This document shows, piece by piece, positions 9,579-19,419 of a stretch of 64,000 bases of DNA. Location: positions 64,001-128,000 of the forward strand of contig CAWFFU010000004.1 in NCBI GenBank assembly GCA_963815215.1. The letters are read 5' to 3'. Below the pieces are notes generated by a model that had not been told where the DNA came from, did no database searches, and saw nothing but the letters and a program-made list of their open reading frames with translations. The stretch comes from an uncultured Trueperaceae bacterium (GTDB lineage: Bacteria > Deinococcota > Deinococci > Deinococcales > Trueperaceae). The translations under genes were made by a program, and so were the position numbers. The first letter of the stretch is position 1. Each line of letters begins with the position of its first letter.

Positions 9579-11066
9579 CTAGCCGTCGCGGTAGGCCGCG
9601 GCCTCGGCGAGCTGCGCCTCCCCCACCCCCCGCTCGCCGGCGAGGTCGGCCACCGTGCGCGCCACCCGCAGCACTCGCTCGTAGCCTCGTCCCGTGAGCC
9701 GGAGCCGGCCGATCAGCTCGTGCGCGAGGCGGTGTGCGCCGCTCGTCAGCGCCGCCGACCGACGCAGCTCGGCGCCCGCCAGGGCGGCGTTGAGCGCGCC
9801 CTGGCGCTCGAACATGCGCCGCCGGGCCGCGAGCACGCGGCGGGCGACGGCCGCCGAGGCCTCGCCCGGGGCCCGGGCCAGCACTTCGCCCGGCGTGAGC
9901 CGGGGCAGCCGCACGCGCAGGTCGAAGCGGTCCAGCAGTGGCCCCGAGACGCGCCGTTGGTAGCGCTGGCGCTCGCCGGGAGGGCACACGCAGGGCTCCA
10001 GCGGATCGCCGTCGTAGCCGCAGGCGCACGGGTTGCGGGCCGCCACCAGCAGGAAGCGGGCGGGGAAGGTGACGCTGCCTCCGACCCGCGAGATTGTGAC
10101 ACGGCCCTCCTCGAGCGGTTGCCGCAGGGCTTCGAGGGTGCGGCGGCCGAACTCGGGCAGCTCGTCCATGAACAGCACGCCGCGGTGGGCGAGGCTGGCC
10201 TCGCCGGGGCGCGGCGGCGAACCGCCGCCGACCACGCCGCCCTGCGAGCTGCTGTGGTGCGGGCTGCGCAGGGGAGGGTGCCGGACCAGCCCGTGCCCGG
10301 CCAACAGGCCCGCCGTGGAGTGGATGCGCGTCACCTCGATCGCCTCGTCCTCCGTGAGCGGAGGCAGGAGGCCGGCGAGGCGGCGGGCCAGCATGGTCTT
10401 GCCCGCGCCCGGTGGCCCGGTGAGGAGGAGGTTGTGGGCGCCGGCCGCAGCGATCTCCAGGGCGCGACGTCCGCCGGCTTGCCCGCGCACGTCGACCAGA
10501 TCGGGGACGGAGGGGGCGGGCGCGGGCGGGCCTGGGGTGCATGGCACCAGCACCAGGCGGCCGCGGAGGTGGTCGGCGGCCTCGGCCAGGGTGCGCGGAG
10601 CCAGCACCCTCAGCCCCTTCACGGCCGCCACCTCGGGCGCGTTCAGGGGTGGGGCCAGTACCGTGCGATGCCCCCGCTCCGCGGCCAGCAGGCCGATGTT
10701 GATGGCCCCGCGCACGGGTCGCAGGGTGCCGTCGAGCGCCAGCTCGCCGAAGGCCAGCGTGCCCTCCAGGGCGCGGGCAGGCAGCCGGCGTTCGGCGGCG
10801 AGCAGGGCCAGCGCGATCGGCAGGTCGAAGGCAGGCCCCTCTTTGCGGATGTCGGCGGGCGCCAGGTTCACCGTGATACGGCTGGGTGACATGGCGGCGC
10901 CCAGGTGCTTGAGCGCGGCGCGCACGCGTTCGCGCGACTCCTGCACGGCCGCGCCCGGCAGCCCCACTACCGTGAACGAAGGCAGGCCGCCGCTCACGAA
11001 CACCTCGACCCGCACCTCCAGTGCGTCGACGCCGACGACGGTGGCGGACAGGGTGTGGGCGAGCAT
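9579..11066 (-). CDS. comM: YifB/ComM Mg-chelatase-like AAA+ ATPase
   Basis: [59 protein letters not shown]. Confidence 0.9.
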   Translation of the reverse strand: MLAHTLSATVVGVDALEVRVEVFVSGGLPSFTVVGLPGAAVQESRERVRAALKHLGAAMSPSRITVNLAPADIRKEGPAFDLPIALALLAAERRLPARALEGTLAFGELALDGTLRPVRGAINIGLLAAERGHRTVLAPPLNAPEVAAVKGLRVLAPRTLAEAADHLRGRLVLVPCTPGPPAPAPSVPDLVDVRGQAGGRRALEIAAAGAHNLLLTGPPGAGKTMLARRLAGLLPPLTEDEAIEVTRIHSTAGLLAGHGLVRHPPLRSPHHSSSQGGVVGGGSPPRPGEASLAHRGVLFMDELPEFGRRTLEALRQPLEEGRVTISRVGGSVTFPARFLLVAARNPCACGYDGDPLEPCVCPPGERQRYQRRVSGPLLDRFDLRVRLPRLTPGEVLARAPGEASAAVARRVLAARRRMFERQGALNAALAGAELRRSAALTSGAHRLAHELIGRLRLTGRGYERVLRVARTVADLAGERGVGEAQLAEAAAYRDG

Positions 11067-11290
11067 CGGGGTCAGGCTAGCGCAGCGTCCCGGCGGCGTC
11101 GGGCACGCACGCGGCGCGGGCCGGGGGGCTCTCGGCAGGTGCCGCGCGGCCGCTCCACACGCGTCGGTGCACGTCGGCGGGCGTGGCGGCGTGAGCGCGG
11201 TCGCACGGCGGCGCCGGGAACCTTGCTAGACTCACGCGGTCGACACCACGCCGACGATTCACGTTCACCCCAACGAGGAGGCCGTCCCGT

Positions 11291-11974
11291 ATGAGAACCT
11301 TCCGTACCGTCATCATCGTGGGAGCACTCGCACTGCTCGTGAGCGCCTGCAGCGCGCTCATCCCCGACCAGACGATGAACAACCCGCTCGGTCTGGACAA
11401 CACCACGCTCGCCCTGAACAGCGTGAGCACCGCTGCGCTCAACCAGCAGGCCGCGACGTCGACGACCTTCTCGGGGAGCACCAGCACGACCTTCCCGAAC
11501 CAGGATCTGAGCAGCAAGCCGAGCTGGGCCAATCCCAACGGCTTCACGTCCGACATCTCCGCGCTCGGCGTGACGATCAAGCCCGGTGACGCCACCACGC
11601 TCCCGCAGACCCTCCACGTCACCCGGGTGACGTTGGCACTCAACGTCGCGGACGGCTCGGGCACGCCGTCGTTCACGTGGAACTACGATTCGGGCGCGCT
11701 CTCGCAGATCCTGGTGCTGACACGGAGCAGCTGCAGCACGACGATGGCCGATGGCTGCACCTACACCGTCCAGGCCGGGTCGGACCTGAACGGCGCGTTC
11801 GTGCCGGTGAGCTTCACGGCGAGCCAGGTGAGCACCATGATGACCATCATCGGCGGCGGCACCAGCCCCAACGACGTGACCGCCGATGCCAGCGTCACGG
11901 TGGACCAGGGGTTGACGGGGGTCGGCGAGATGGACATCACCCTCGGCAATGCCACGGGAACGCTGAAGTTCTAG
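11291..11974 (+). CDS. hypothetical Ser/Thr-rich lipoprotein
   Basis: lipobox LVSA-C, SD GAGGAGG, typical coding codon bias. Confidence 0.8.
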   Translation: MRTFRTVIIVGALALLVSACSALIPDQTMNNPLGLDNTTLALNSVSTAALNQQAATSTTFSGSTSTTFPNQDLSSKPSWANPNGFTSDISALGVTIKPGDATTLPQTLHVTRVTLALNVADGSGTPSFTWNYDSGALSQILVLTRSSCSTTMADGCTYTVQAGSDLNGAFVPVSFTASQVSTMMTIIGGGTSPNDVTADASVTVDQGLTGVGEMDITLGNATGTLKF

Positions 11975-12145
11975 GGCTCGAAGTTCTGAGCGTCGACAGC
12001 CGCGCCCGCTAGCAAGCGGGCGCGGCGGCGGGCCCACGCACGCCCTTGCGGCTGCGTGGGCCCGCCGCCGTTGGGACGAGGGCGCGCGGCCGGGACTCGA
12101 GCGCGACCGGCTCGAGCCCGGCGTCAGTGCGGCGTCCGTGCGGCG

Positions 12146-13003
12146 TCAGTCCGGCTCGCTCCGCGCGATCATCCCGAATGTGCCAGGCCCGACGTGGCTG
12201 GTGAGCACCGCGCCGATCCGGTAGAAGCCGCTGAAGCGCACCTCCACGCCCTTCTGCTCGACCGCGGCGCGCAGGCGCTCGACGGCCGACCGGTCCTCCA
12301 CGTGGATGTAGTCGATGGTGAGCGTCTCGCCGGGACGCGCGGCCGCGAAGGCGGCCAGCCGGTCGACCATCTCCTGAACCGCCTTCTTCATGCCCCGCGC
12401 CCGCGTCATCGGCTCGAGGAGTCCGTCCGCCAGCGTGAGGATGGGCTTGATGTTGAGCAGGCTGCCCACCAGGGCACTGGCTCGGCCGATCCGCCCGCCC
12501 TTCTGGAGGTAGTCGAAGGAGGCAACGGTGAACGCGATGAAGGTGTTGTCGCGCATGCCGGTCAGGCCGGCCTCGATCTCCTCGAAGGAGGCGCCGCGGT
12601 CGCGCAGGCGCGCCGCCGTCCGCACCATGGCGCCGTGGCCCAGGCTGGCCGAGCGACTGTCGAACACGACCACGCGGGCGCTCACCGCATCGCTCGCGGC
12701 GACCGCCGACTGGTAGGTGCCCGACAGCTCCGCGCTCAGGGTGACGACGAGGATGGTGTCCGCCCCCATCTCCACGGCTTCGCGGTAGGCGGACGCGAAA
12801 TCCTCGGGGTTCGGCTGGCTGGTGGTGGGTAGGTCCGCGCCCTCGGCGACGCCGCGGATGATCGCGGCCGGCTCGATGTCGAGCCAGTCACGGAAGGTGT
12901 CGCCCTTGAAGGTCACGTACAGCGGCACCCGCAGGATCCCGAGTTGTTCCAGCTCGTCGACGTGCAGATCGGTGGTCGAGTCGGTCACGATGGCCAGGTT
13001 CAT
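12146..13003 (-). CDS. degV: DegV family fatty-acid-binding protein
   Basis: IVTDST, PTTSQP, LSGTYQSA, YLQKGGRIG, HVGPG. Confidence 0.93.
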   Translation of the reverse strand: MNLAIVTDSTTDLHVDELEQLGILRVPLYVTFKGDTFRDWLDIEPAAIIRGVAEGADLPTTSQPNPEDFASAYREAVEMGADTILVVTLSAELSGTYQSAVAASDAVSARVVVFDSRSASLGHGAMVRTAARLRDRGASFEEIEAGLTGMRDNTFIAFTVASFDYLQKGGRIGRASALVGSLLNIKPILTLADGLLEPMTRARGMKKAVQEMVDRLAAFAAARPGETLTIDYIHVEDRSAVERLRAAVEQKGVEVRFSGFYRIGAVLTSHVGPGTFGMIARSEPD

Positions 13004-13134
13004 ACTGCTCCCTCGTCGGACCGTCCATCCCCCGGCCGGTCACGGTGCGCGTGTCGGACGTGACCGCAGTCTACCGCTCCGGTGGCGCAGCGGCGCGGGC
13101 GGGCGGCGGCCCGCGCCGCGCAGTGAGGACGCGT

Positions 13135-14157
13135 TCAGGGGGTGGGGGGCGCGGCCAGCGCCCCCTGGGCGATGAGATGCTCGGCGATCTGTACGGCGTT
13201 GAGAGCTGCACCCTTGCGGATCTGGTCGCCTGCCACGAACAGCGCCACCGCCCCGTCCAGGCTGGCGTCGGCGCGGATGCGGCCTACCAGGACCTCGTCC
13301 CCGCCCGAGGCGTCGAGGGGCATGGGGAAGGTGTTGCGGACGCGGTCGTCGACCACCCGGACGCCGGGGGCCGCGGCCAGCGTCTCGCGGGCCTCGTCGG
13401 CCGACACCGGCCGCCGGAACTCGGCGTGGATGGCCTCGCTGTGGGCCCGGAAGACCGGCACCCGCACGCACGTCGCGCTCAGGCGCAGTGCCGGCTCGGC
13501 GAGGATCTTGCGCGCCTCCAGCAGCAGTTTGCGCTCCTCGACGTTATAGCCGTCCTCGCCCACGTCGCTGTCGTGGCTGAAGAGATTGAAGGCGATCCGG
13601 TGCTGGAACTTCGACGGCCTCGGCTCGCCGCCGGCGAGCGCCGCCCGCGTCTGCTCGCGCAGCTCCTCGATGCCGGCGGCCCCGGCGCCGGAGACGGCCT
13701 GGTAGGTGGCGACGGTGGCCCTCACCAGGCCGAAGGCCCGGTGCAGGGGCGCCAGCGCCATCAGCGCGATGATGGTCGAGCAGTTGGGGTTGGCGATGAT
13801 GCCCCGATGGCTCAGCGCCGCCTCGCCGTTGGCCTCCGGGACCACCAATGGGACGCGCTCGTCCATGCGCCAGGCGCTGGTGTTGTCGATGACGACGGCG
13901 CCGTGCTCGGCCCAGCGCCAGGCGTGCTGCTTGGAGACCTGCCCGCCAGCCGACGAGAAGACGACGTCGGCATCGAGGTCGCCGCCTTCGGGGAGCGGCA
14001 GTACCGGCAGCGCCTCGCCGCGGAACGGCAGCGTCCGACCCGCCGACCGGGGGGAGGCGTAGAGCGCGAGCGACGTCAAGGGGAAGCGCCGCTCGTCGAG
14101 GATCCCAAGGAACTCGGTCCCGACGGCGCCAGTGGCGCCCACGATCGCTACCCGCAT
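13135..14157 (-). CDS. asd: aspartate-semialdehyde dehydrogenase
   Basis: VAIVGATGAVG, IANPNCST, TYQAVSGAG, CVRVPVFRAHS, DQIRKGAALNAVQIAE; SD GAGGAGG. Confidence 0.95.
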   Translation of the reverse strand: MRVAIVGATGAVGTEFLGILDERRFPLTSLALYASPRSAGRTLPFRGEALPVLPLPEGGDLDADVVFSSAGGQVSKQHAWRWAEHGAVVIDNTSAWRMDERVPLVVPEANGEAALSHRGIIANPNCSTIIALMALAPLHRAFGLVRATVATYQAVSGAGAAGIEELREQTRAALAGGEPRPSKFQHRIAFNLFSHDSDVGEDGYNVEERKLLLEARKILAEPALRLSATCVRVPVFRAHSEAIHAEFRRPVSADEARETLAAAPGVRVVDDRVRNTFPMPLDASGGDEVLVGRIRADASLDGAVALFVAGDQIRKGAALNAVQIAEHLIAQGALAAPPTP

Positions 14158-14306
14158 GCTTCCTCCTCGACCCGGCGGCGGTGCCGACGGACGCGCGCCC
14201 TGTCGGGGCTCCAGGTGCAGGAGTGTAGCATGCGTCGCGCCGCGCTCCTGCGGCCCCCACGGCTCCGCACGGTTCCGCATGGGCCCCAGGCCGTAGCATG
14301 GGGATC

Positions 14307-14594
14307 ATGACGCCCACACCGTGCGCGCCCGTTCGAGGGGGGAAGGTGGATTGGCAGGCGCTCGAGAGCTGCATCCCGCTCGACGAGCTGCCTTCGTTCC
14401 ACCGTGCCTTCCTGCAGAGGCTCGAGCCCGGCGAGGACTGGCAGAACGCCTTCCTCCGCCGTGTTCAGGGCAAGGTGCAGGCGTCGCTCAAGCGGCTCCT
14501 GCGCGAAGGCGCGGCAGGCTACGAGGACGGGCGCTACTGGCTCGATGCCGGCCTGGTCCCTCCACCGTACCGGGGCTACCTGATGGAGGAGTGA
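14307..14594 (+). CDS. small hypothetical protein
   Basis: TAGCAT -10 box at 14294 suggests a leaderless ATG at 14307; stop overlaps proB GTG. Confidence 0.7.
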   Translation: MTPTPCAPVRGGKVDWQALESCIPLDELPSFHRAFLQRLEPGEDWQNAFLRRVQGKVQASLKRLLREGAAGYEDGRYWLDAGLVPPPYRGYLMEE

Positions 14595-15700
14595 CGGTGG
14601 AGAAGCGCCTCCGCCGTTTCGTCGTCAAGGTCGGCACCAGCTCCATCACCGATCGGAGCGGCCGCATCGCGCCGCCGTTGATGTGGGCCATCGCGCGCGG
14701 CGCCACCGTGCTCGCCGACGAGCACGGTGCGCACTTCGTGCTGGTCTCCTCGGGTGCGGGCGCGGCGGGCCGGGAGGGGCTGGGCCTGGAGCTGCCGTTG
14801 ACGCTCCCCGACAAACAGGCGGCGGCCGCGGTAGGGCAGACGCTGCTGATGCTCGACTGGTCGCGCGCGCTGGCGCCCCGGCCGGTGGCCCAACTCTTGC
14901 TGTCGGCCGGCGACGTGCAGGACCGCGAGCGGTACGTCAACGCCAAGCACGCTCTGGAAGCGTCGCTGCGGCTCGGCGCCGTGCCGGTGGTGAACGAGAA
15001 CGACAGCGTCGCCACCAGCGAGTTGAAGCTGGGCGACAACGACACCCTGTCGGCCTGGGTGTCGTACCTGGTCGACGCCGACGCGCTGATCATCCTCACG
15101 GACGTGGACGGCCTGCACGACGCGGATCCGCGTCGACACCCGGACGCGCGCCGCATCGATGTCGTGCGCGACGTGTCGGAGGTCGAAGCGTTGGCAGGCC
15201 GCAGTGGCGACCCGCGCGGGACCGGCGGCATGGCCACCAAACTGCGGGCGGCGCGCATCGCCACCGAGGCCGGCATCGAGACGTTGGTCATCGGCGGCGG
15301 GGGCGCCGGGCTCGAGGCGTTGGCCCGCGGCTCGGTGCGCGGCACGCGCTTCCTGGCGCGGGCGCGCACCCCGGCCCGCAAGGCCTGGATCGCGCAGCAG
15401 CCGAGGCGCGGTGCGGTCGAGGTCGACGTCGGCGCCGCCGCGGCTCTGCGACGCGGGCGCAGCCTGCTCCCGCGGGGCGTGCTGGCGGTTCGGGGCAGCT
15501 TCGGCTTCGGCGAGGCCGTGTCGGTGGAGCACCGAGGCGAGGTGCTGGGGGTGGGGCTCAGCAACTTCGCCAGCGACGCGCTGACGCGCATCTGCGGGCG
15601 TCACACCTCCGAGATCGCCGACATCCTGGGCGCCAAGGATTTCGACGAGGTGGTCCACCGCGACAATCTGGCGCTGGCCGACGGCGCGACCGGCCCCTGA
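14591..15700 (+). CDS. proB: glutamate 5-kinase (with PUA domain)
   Basis: VVKVGTSS, KQAAAAVGQ, VNENDSV, GDNDTLSA, GTGGMATK, VHRDNL. Confidence 0.95.
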   Translation: MTVEKRLRRFVVKVGTSSITDRSGRIAPPLMWAIARGATVLADEHGAHFVLVSSGAGAAGREGLGLELPLTLPDKQAAAAVGQTLLMLDWSRALAPRPVAQLLLSAGDVQDRERYVNAKHALEASLRLGAVPVVNENDSVATSELKLGDNDTLSAWVSYLVDADALIILTDVDGLHDADPRRHPDARRIDVVRDVSEVEALAGRSGDPRGTGGMATKLRAARIATEAGIETLVIGGGGAGLEALARGSVRGTRFLARARTPARKAWIAQQPRRGAVEVDVGAAAALRRGRSLLPRGVLAVRGSFGFGEAVSVEHRGEVLGVGLSNFASDALTRICGRHTSEIADILGAKDFDEVVHRDNLALADGATGP

Positions 15701-15728
15701 ACGGCTCCGGTGGTAGCATGGCGGCGAC

Positions 15729-16184
15729 ATGCGCGGCCGCAAGCAACTCGCCTTCGTCTCCGCCGGCCTCACGCTGGCGTGGGGCTTGCTCGGCCTGCTG
15801 AACCCCCTGCTGGTGATCCGGATCGTGGGCCTGGACGTGGTCGATCCGCGCGGCCTCAGCGAAGCGCGGGCGCTGTTCGGCGCGCTCTTCGTGGTCATGG
15901 GGGCGGTCATGCTGTGGGCGGCGTCGGTGCGCTCGGCGCCCCCCGTCTACCTGCGGCTTCCGGGTCTGTTGATCACCGCCGAGGCCGTGGGCCGGTTCGC
16001 CAGCATGGTCATCGACGGCGTGCTCTCGCCGCTGAACTTCGTGTTCCTGGTCGTCGAGCTGCTCATCGGCGTGCTCGCGCTGGTGGCCAGTTTCCCCGGC
16101 GAGGACGGCCGCGGCGCGCGCGCCGCGGCGGGGCCGGAACCGGACGCGGATCGGCCGGACCCCCTGCGCGCCTATCGCGGCTGA
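15729..16184 (+). CDS. membrane protein, DUF4345-like (4 TM)
   Basis: four hydrophobic helices, SEARALFG; -10 TAGCAT upstream. Confidence 0.65.
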   Translation: MRGRKQLAFVSAGLTLAWGLLGLLNPLLVIRIVGLDVVDPRGLSEARALFGALFVVMGAVMLWAASVRSAPPVYLRLPGLLITAEAVGRFASMVIDGVLSPLNFVFLVVELLIGVLALVASFPGEDGRGARAAAGPEPDADRPDPLRAYRG

Positions 16185-16211
16185 GCCGCCGCCTTCGAGG
16201 AAGCCTGCGCC

Positions 16212-17405
16212 ATGACCGGAGCCCCACCCGACGGAACCCGTTTCGTGCCCCCCGCCCTGGCGGCGGCGCGCGCGCGCACGCTGGAGCGCCTCCACGATCT
16301 CTACCTCCGCTGGGGGTACCGGCTCGTGGAGGTGCCTTCGCTGGAGCACTACGATCCGGCGCATCCACGGGCCGAGCAGTCGTTCAAGCTCTCGGATCGG
16401 GACAGCGGCGTGCTCGCCCTGCGCTCGGACTTCACGCCCGCGCTGGCCCAGCTGGTCCGGTCCACCTTCCCCGGCGCGGCGGCGGGGGAGGGGCGGGCGC
16501 TCCGGTTGCGCTACAGCGGCACCGTGTGGCAGGCCATCCACCCCGAGCTGGCACGGACCCGCGAGTTCACCCAGGTCGGTATCGAGCTGGTGGGGGTGAG
16601 CCACGCCCGGGCCGACGCCGAGCTCATCCACCTGGCGCGCGAGTCGGTGCGCACGGTGGGGCTGGCGCCCCGCGTCGAGATCGGCAACCCAGGGTTCGTG
16701 CGGGCGTTGTTCGACCTCGCAGCGGTGCCCGAGTGGCGGCGGGAGTTGCTCGCCGACGCCATCGATCGCAAGGATCGCAGCGACATCCGGACGCTGCTCT
16801 CGGAGCTGGCGCTCGACGGACGGGCGGCCGCAGCGCTGCTGGAGGTGCCCGACCTGTACGGCGGCAACGGTGTCCTGGACGAGGCGCGACGGCTGGCTCC
16901 GTGGCCCGAGGCGCGGGCCGAGATCGACCGCCTGGAGGGCGTGGTGGAGCAGTTCGAGGACGACAGCGAGCTGCTGCTCGACCTCGGCATGGCGCGCCGC
17001 CTTGCCTACTACACCGGGGTGACCTTCCGCGCCTACACCTTCGACTTCGGCCAGCCCCTGCTGGGCGGGGGGCGCTACGACGGTGCTCTGCTGCCGCACG
17101 CCGCCGGCTTCTCCATCGGCCTGGAACGCCTCCTGAGCGCCCTGCCCGGTCCCGAGTCGGAGACCCGTCCTCGGGTGCTGGCTACCGACGACGCGGCGGC
17201 CCGGCGGCTGCGCGCTGCCGGCGTAGTGGTGGTGCGGGCGTCGGGAGGCGATCGCGCCGAGGCCTCGGCGGAGGCGCAGGCCCTGGGCGTACCCTTCGTG
17301 CTGCACGACGGCGCCGTGGAGGCCGTGGCCGGCGGCGGCGACGCCGAGCTGCGCGAGCTCCGGCTCGTGCTGGACGCCCCGGGCGGGGAGGTGGACGGTG
17401 ACTGA
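16212..17405 (+). CDS. hisZ: ATP phosphoribosyltransferase regulatory subunit
   Basis: [33 protein letters not shown]; adjacent to short hisG. Confidence 0.92.
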   Translation: MTGAPPDGTRFVPPALAAARARTLERLHDLYLRWGYRLVEVPSLEHYDPAHPRAEQSFKLSDRDSGVLALRSDFTPALAQLVRSTFPGAAAGEGRALRLRYSGTVWQAIHPELARTREFTQVGIELVGVSHARADAELIHLARESVRTVGLAPRVEIGNPGFVRALFDLAAVPEWRRELLADAIDRKDRSDIRTLLSELALDGRAAAALLEVPDLYGGNGVLDEARRLAPWPEARAEIDRLEGVVEQFEDDSELLLDLGMARRLAYYTGVTFRAYTFDFGQPLLGGGRYDGALLPHAAGFSIGLERLLSALPGPESETRPRVLATDDAAARRLRAAGVVVVRASGGDRAEASAEAQALGVPFVLHDGAVEAVAGGGDAELRELRLVLDAPGGEVDGD

Positions 17406-18018
17406 GGTGCCCACCCTGACCCTGGCGCTGCCCAAGGGGCGCGTGATGCAGGAGGCGTTGAGCGTGCTGCGGGGCGCCGGGTTGCGGCTCGAGCTCCCGC
17501 CCGACGAGCGCGCGTTGCGGTTCGACGCCGGCGATGCGGAGCTCATCGTGATGCGCAACGCCGACGTCCCCACCTACGTCGATCTGGGCGTGGCGGACGC
17601 CGGCGTGGTCGGGAAGGACGTCCTGGCCGAGGCCGGGAGCACGCTCTACGAGCCGGTGGACCTGCGCTTCGCAGGCTGCCGCCTATCGCTCATCCGGCCG
17701 CGCGGTGCGACGGGCGCGGTGGGCCGGGTGGCCAGCAAGTACCCGCGGTTGACGGCTGAGTACCTGCGTCGGATGGGGAGCTCGGCGGAGGTGGTGCGCC
17801 TCGCGGGCAACGTCGAGCTGGCCTGCCTATCGGGGCTCGCCGACGCCGTCGTCGACGTGGTGCAGACGGGCGCCACGCTGCACGCCAACGACCTGGAGGA
17901 GGTCGATGTCATCCTCCACTCGAGCGCCCGCTTCGTGGTGAACCGGGCGGCGCTGAAGCTCAAGGCGGAGCGGCTGCGCCCGCTGATCGCCGCGCTACGC
18001 GATGTGAGCGGGGCCTGA
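17398..18018 (+). CDS. hisG: ATP phosphoribosyltransferase (short form)
   Basis: [40 protein letters not shown]. Confidence 0.95.
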   Translation: MTEVPTLTLALPKGRVMQEALSVLRGAGLRLELPPDERALRFDAGDAELIVMRNADVPTYVDLGVADAGVVGKDVLAEAGSTLYEPVDLRFAGCRLSLIRPRGATGAVGRVASKYPRLTAEYLRRMGSSAEVVRLAGNVELACLSGLADAVVDVVQTGATLHANDLEEVDVILHSSARFVVNRAALKLKAERLRPLIAALRDVSGA

Positions 18019-18057
18019 CCAGGGTCCGAGCGGGACCCGGGCGCGCCCGGATCGGCG

Positions 18058-19167
18058 CTAGAACCAGCCGCGGCGCCGGAAGATCAGCAGCATCCCGATG
18101 GCGATGGTGATCATCAGCCCCCACAGGGCCGGGTAGGCCCAGGGCCACGCCAGCTCCGGCATGTGGTGGAAGTTCATGCCGTAGACGCCGACCAGGAAGC
18201 TGAGCGGTATGAAGATGGTGGCGATGATGGTCAGCACCTTCATGACGTCGTTCATGCGGTAACTGAGCGCCGACAGGTACATGTCGTGCAGGTTGGTGAG
18301 CATGTCGCGCAGGCTCTCGACCGTGTCGATGACCTGGATGGCGTGGTCGTGCGCGTCGCGCAGGTAGGTGATGGCGGTAGGCGACATGAGGTCGCCCTCC
18401 TCGCGCTCCAGGCCGGCGATCACCTCGCGCAAGGGCCACACCGCCTTGCGCACCACCAGCGTCTCGCGTTTTAGGTGGTTGACGCGCTGGAGCACCTCGG
18501 TGTCGGGGTTCTCCAGGATCCTGGCCTCGAGATCCTCGATGGCGTCGCCGTAGTCCTCGACCACCGTGAAGTAGCGGTCGATCACGATGTCGATGAGGGC
18601 ATAGGCGAGGTAATCCGCGCCCAGCTTGCGGAGCCGACCCTTGGCCTGCCTGAGGCGCTCGCGCAGGGGCTCGAACACGTCGCCCGGGTGTTCCTGGAAG
18701 GTCACCACCACGCCGTCGAGAAGGATCAGGCTGAGCTGCTCGTTCTCCAGCGCGGGCCCGCCGTCCTCGCCCTCGGAGGAGCCGTAGGCGAGCATGCGAA
18801 GGGCGATGTAGAGGTAGCGCTCGTAGTCCTCGATCTTGGGGCGCTGACCGAGGCTGACGATGTCCTCCATGGTGAGCGGGTGCAGCTCGAGGGCTGCCCC
18901 GACGTGCTCGATGATCTCGGTGCGGTGCACGCCGTTGACGTTGAGCCAGCGAATGCCCTTGGCCTCGCCCACGCGGCGCAGCGCCTCCTCGAGGGGCAGG
19001 TCGCGTCGCTCCTCGTAGCCCTCCACGTCGTAGCTGATGAGGTCGACGGTGACCGGTGCGTCGCGCGCCGGACCGGTGTAGATGACGCTCCCGGGCGAAC
19101 TGCCCACCGGGCCGGCGGACGACGCCAGGGGCGTCCGCCGGCGCCGGCCGCCCCGCGGGGCCGTCAC
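18058..19167 (-). CDS. corA: magnesium/cobalt transporter CorA
   Basis: LHPLTMEDI, QRPKIE, MNDVMKVLT, GVYGMNF, MPEL. Confidence 0.95.
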   Translation of the reverse strand: MTAPRGGRRRRTPLASSAGPVGSSPGSVIYTGPARDAPVTVDLISYDVEGYEERRDLPLEEALRRVGEAKGIRWLNVNGVHRTEIIEHVGAALELHPLTMEDIVSLGQRPKIEDYERYLYIALRMLAYGSSEGEDGGPALENEQLSLILLDGVVVTFQEHPGDVFEPLRERLRQAKGRLRKLGADYLAYALIDIVIDRYFTVVEDYGDAIEDLEARILENPDTEVLQRVNHLKRETLVVRKAVWPLREVIAGLEREEGDLMSPTAITYLRDAHDHAIQVIDTVESLRDMLTNLHDMYLSALSYRMNDVMKVLTIIATIFIPLSFLVGVYGMNFHHMPELAWPWAYPALWGLMITIAIGMLLIFRRRGWF

Positions 19168-19244
19168 GATCGGCGCGGCGAGGGCCCCGGCGACCGCCGG
19201 GACGCGCGCCGCGCCGGACCCTGTGGCATGGAGGCTGCGCTCAT
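19164..19244 (-). CDS. putative Pro/Arg-rich leader peptide of corA (26 aa, MSAASMPQGPARRASRRSPGPSPRRS)
   Basis: TAAGCT-GGAGGAGCC-ATG at 19259-19242; TGA overlaps the corA GTG (GTGA). Confidence 0.5.
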   Translation of the reverse strand: MSAASMPQGPARRASRRSPGPSPRRS

Positions 19245-19419
19245 GGCTCCTCCAGCTTACTCGCCGGGTGCGCCGCGGACGCCTGCGAGTCGTCGTCGTC
19301 CGGTTATGGGGCCTCTATCCTGCAACCGTATTCACAGAGCGGCGCCGCGATCGGGGCACTTGCGGGCCGTTCCGAGGCCGGGTTATGGTCGCGTCACCCC
19401 CAGATGGAGGTGCATGTTC

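Noticed and set aside
18475..19419. N-terminal extension making the SBP 826 aa
   Set aside because: Overlaps corA antisense; signal peptide and SD place the real start at 19420 (or 19414)
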